Assembly: GCA_963663765.2 (NCBI GenBank)
Contig: CAXXUA010000005.1
Location: 1,664,001-1,728,000, forward strand
From: Candidatus Poribacteria bacterium
GTDB taxonomy: Bacteria; Poribacteria; WGA-4E; WGA-3G
Length of the DNA: 64,000 nt
Reading direction: 5' to 3'
Part shown: one piece after another, positions 62,791-64,000 of the stretch
Layout: each line of letters opens with the position of its first letter
How positions within the stretch are numbered: the stretch's first letter is position 1
Notes under the pieces: model-generated
The model's database searches: none
The model's input: only the letters and a program-made list of their open reading frames with translations
Told to the model about the DNA's origin: nothing
Program-made: the position numbers and the translations under genes

Positions 62791-63054
62791 ATGACCTACG
62801 TAATTTGCGAACCATGCATTGATGTAAAAGATCACGTTTGTGCCGATATATGTCCTGTGGATTGTATCCACCCAATGCAAAACATTGACCCAGATGGATT
62901 TGAGGAAGTAAATCAACTATACATTGACCCTGAAGAATGCATCGATTGCGGAATTTGTGAATCTGAATGTCCCGTTGAGGCGATCTTCGTTGAGGAAGAA
63001 GTACCAGAAGAATGGGAACATTTCATACAAATTAACGCAGATTATTTCAAATAA
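62791..63054 (+). CDS. Dicluster ferredoxin (7Fe FdxA-like)
   Basis: MTYVICEPC..KD..C...CPVDCI and CIDCGICESECP. ATG 62791 follows ggagg. Confidence 0.92.
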   Translation: MTYVICEPCIDVKDHVCADICPVDCIHPMQNIDPDGFEEVNQLYIDPEECIDCGICESECPVEAIFVEEEVPEEWEHFIQINADYFK

Positions 63055-63065
63055 CAAAACAATTC

Positions 63066-63093
63066 TTGACAAATTCATATAATAGGATATAAT
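63066..63093 (+). promoter_or_regulatory. Putative sigma70 promoter of the second ferredoxin
   Basis: ttgaca-N16-tataat. Confidence 0.6.
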
Positions 63094-63111
63094 ATTAAAA
63101 GGAATAAACAG

Positions 63112-63378
63112 ATGACTTACGTAATATGTGAACCCTGCATAGACGAAAAAGACAGTTCATGTGTTGATATTTGTCCTTGCGATTCTATCCGACCGAATCC
63201 TGGATGGGAAGCCAAAGAATATGAGGCAGTAGACCAGCTTTTTATTGACCCAGTAACATGTATTGAATGTGGTGTTTGTGAACCAGAATGTCCTGTTGAA
63301 GCTATATATTTTGAGGAAGATGTACCTGAAGAATGGGAGCATTATATAGAAAAAAACGCTGATTTTTATAAAAAATAA
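63112..63378 (+). CDS. Dicluster ferredoxin (variant CPCDSI)
   Basis: CEPC..C...CPCD and CIECGVCEPECP. Confidence 0.92.
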   Translation: MTYVICEPCIDEKDSSCVDICPCDSIRPNPGWEAKEYEAVDQLFIDPVTCIECGVCEPECPVEAIYFEEDVPEEWEHYIEKNADFYKK

Positions 63379-63438
63379 AAAAACAGTGTTTAAGTAGATA
63401 ATGAGTACGTTATAATATAACAGAAAGGAGATTTTATA

Positions 63439-63702
63439 ATGACCTATGTAATTTGTGAACCTTGCATTGACGAAAAAGATAGTTCATGTGTTGATGTCTG
63501 TCCAGTTGATTGCATTCACCCACATCCAACTGATGCACCAGATGACTTTGAAGAAGTCGAAATGCTATATATAGACCCAGAAGAGTGCATCGATTGTGGT
63601 GTATGTGAACCGGAATGTCCCGTAGAGGCTATCTTTATGGAAGAAGATGTACCTGAAGAATGGGAACATTTCATTGAAATCAACGCCGCATATTTTGAAT
63701 AA
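63439..63702 (+). CDS. Dicluster ferredoxin
   Basis: CEPC..C...CPVDC and CIDCGVCEPECP. Confidence 0.92.
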   Translation: MTYVICEPCIDEKDSSCVDVCPVDCIHPHPTDAPDDFEEVEMLYIDPEECIDCGVCEPECPVEAIFMEEDVPEEWEHFIEINAAYFE

Positions 63703-63887
63703 TAACCCCCTATTGACTACAAAACACTAAAAACTAAGGGTGTTGTCTAAATATTGATTGATATTGATGCAAGTTCTAACAAGAAGAACTATGATCTATC
63801 ATTCGTTAGACAATACCCTTGCTTTTTGTCAAAAGATATAAATCTTCACTGGAAAAGAATATTCCCGCAGACTAAACTATAACTGTC

Positions 63888-64000
63888 CAGGGTTATTCAG
63901 TTTTAAGAGTTTTCCATTATTAAGGTTTACTTAAAGTTAATATCCAAGGCCGGTAGGTGCGGTTTCCTAACCGCACCGCATCCTACAGAGCAAGTCATTA
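63888..64000. mobile_element. CAGGG-family MITE, truncated by the window end
   Basis: cagggttattcagtttt...; essentially identical to the start of 32222..32441. Confidence 0.85.

Noticed and set aside
62791-63702. Diversity-generating retroelement TR/VR pair among the near-identical gene copies (also 39085/39903)
   Set aside because: No reverse transcriptase in the window, and the differences are not adenine-specific.

Overview
AT-rich bacterial chromosomal window, almost entirely + strand. The gene content (sulfatase, PhyH-like dioxygenases, DUF1549/DUF1553, lamin-tail-domain surface protein, C-terminal 'K-x-(A/T)-T-x-W-G-x-I-K' motifs) suggests Candidatus Poribacteria or a relative; this is inference only. 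1-10 kb is a housekeeping block (radA, PIN/TRAM, ispD, ispF, cysS, dprA, accA). 14-26.6 kb is a defence island: a type I R-M locus with a TIR gene, a TIR-ABC-ATPase gene and a DUF4276-like gene inserted between hsdS and hsdR. It is bracketed by direct repeats (MITE plus promoter) and followed by a Schlafen/AlbA-HATPase gene. 27-56 kb holds accessory metabolic and secreted-protein genes, a truncated REP-associated tyrosine transposase and an orphan primase-like protein. 57-63.7 kb carries a TPR-redoxin, an ECF sigma factor with no adjacent anti-sigma gene, four tandem paralogues of an unrecognised internal-repeat family and three ferredoxins; a shared ECF-type promoter precedes the redoxin and the paralogue array. 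Accessory-region intergenic DNA is crowded with nested non-autonomous elements: about 7 MITE families with distinct termini and target duplications (2, 3, 5-6, 7, 9 and ~20 bp), most loaded with GTAG-type REP/REPIN hairpins, plus 34-36 nt inserts with no target duplication. No rRNA, tRNA or true CRISPR array was seen. Protein family names come from motif recognition, not database searches.
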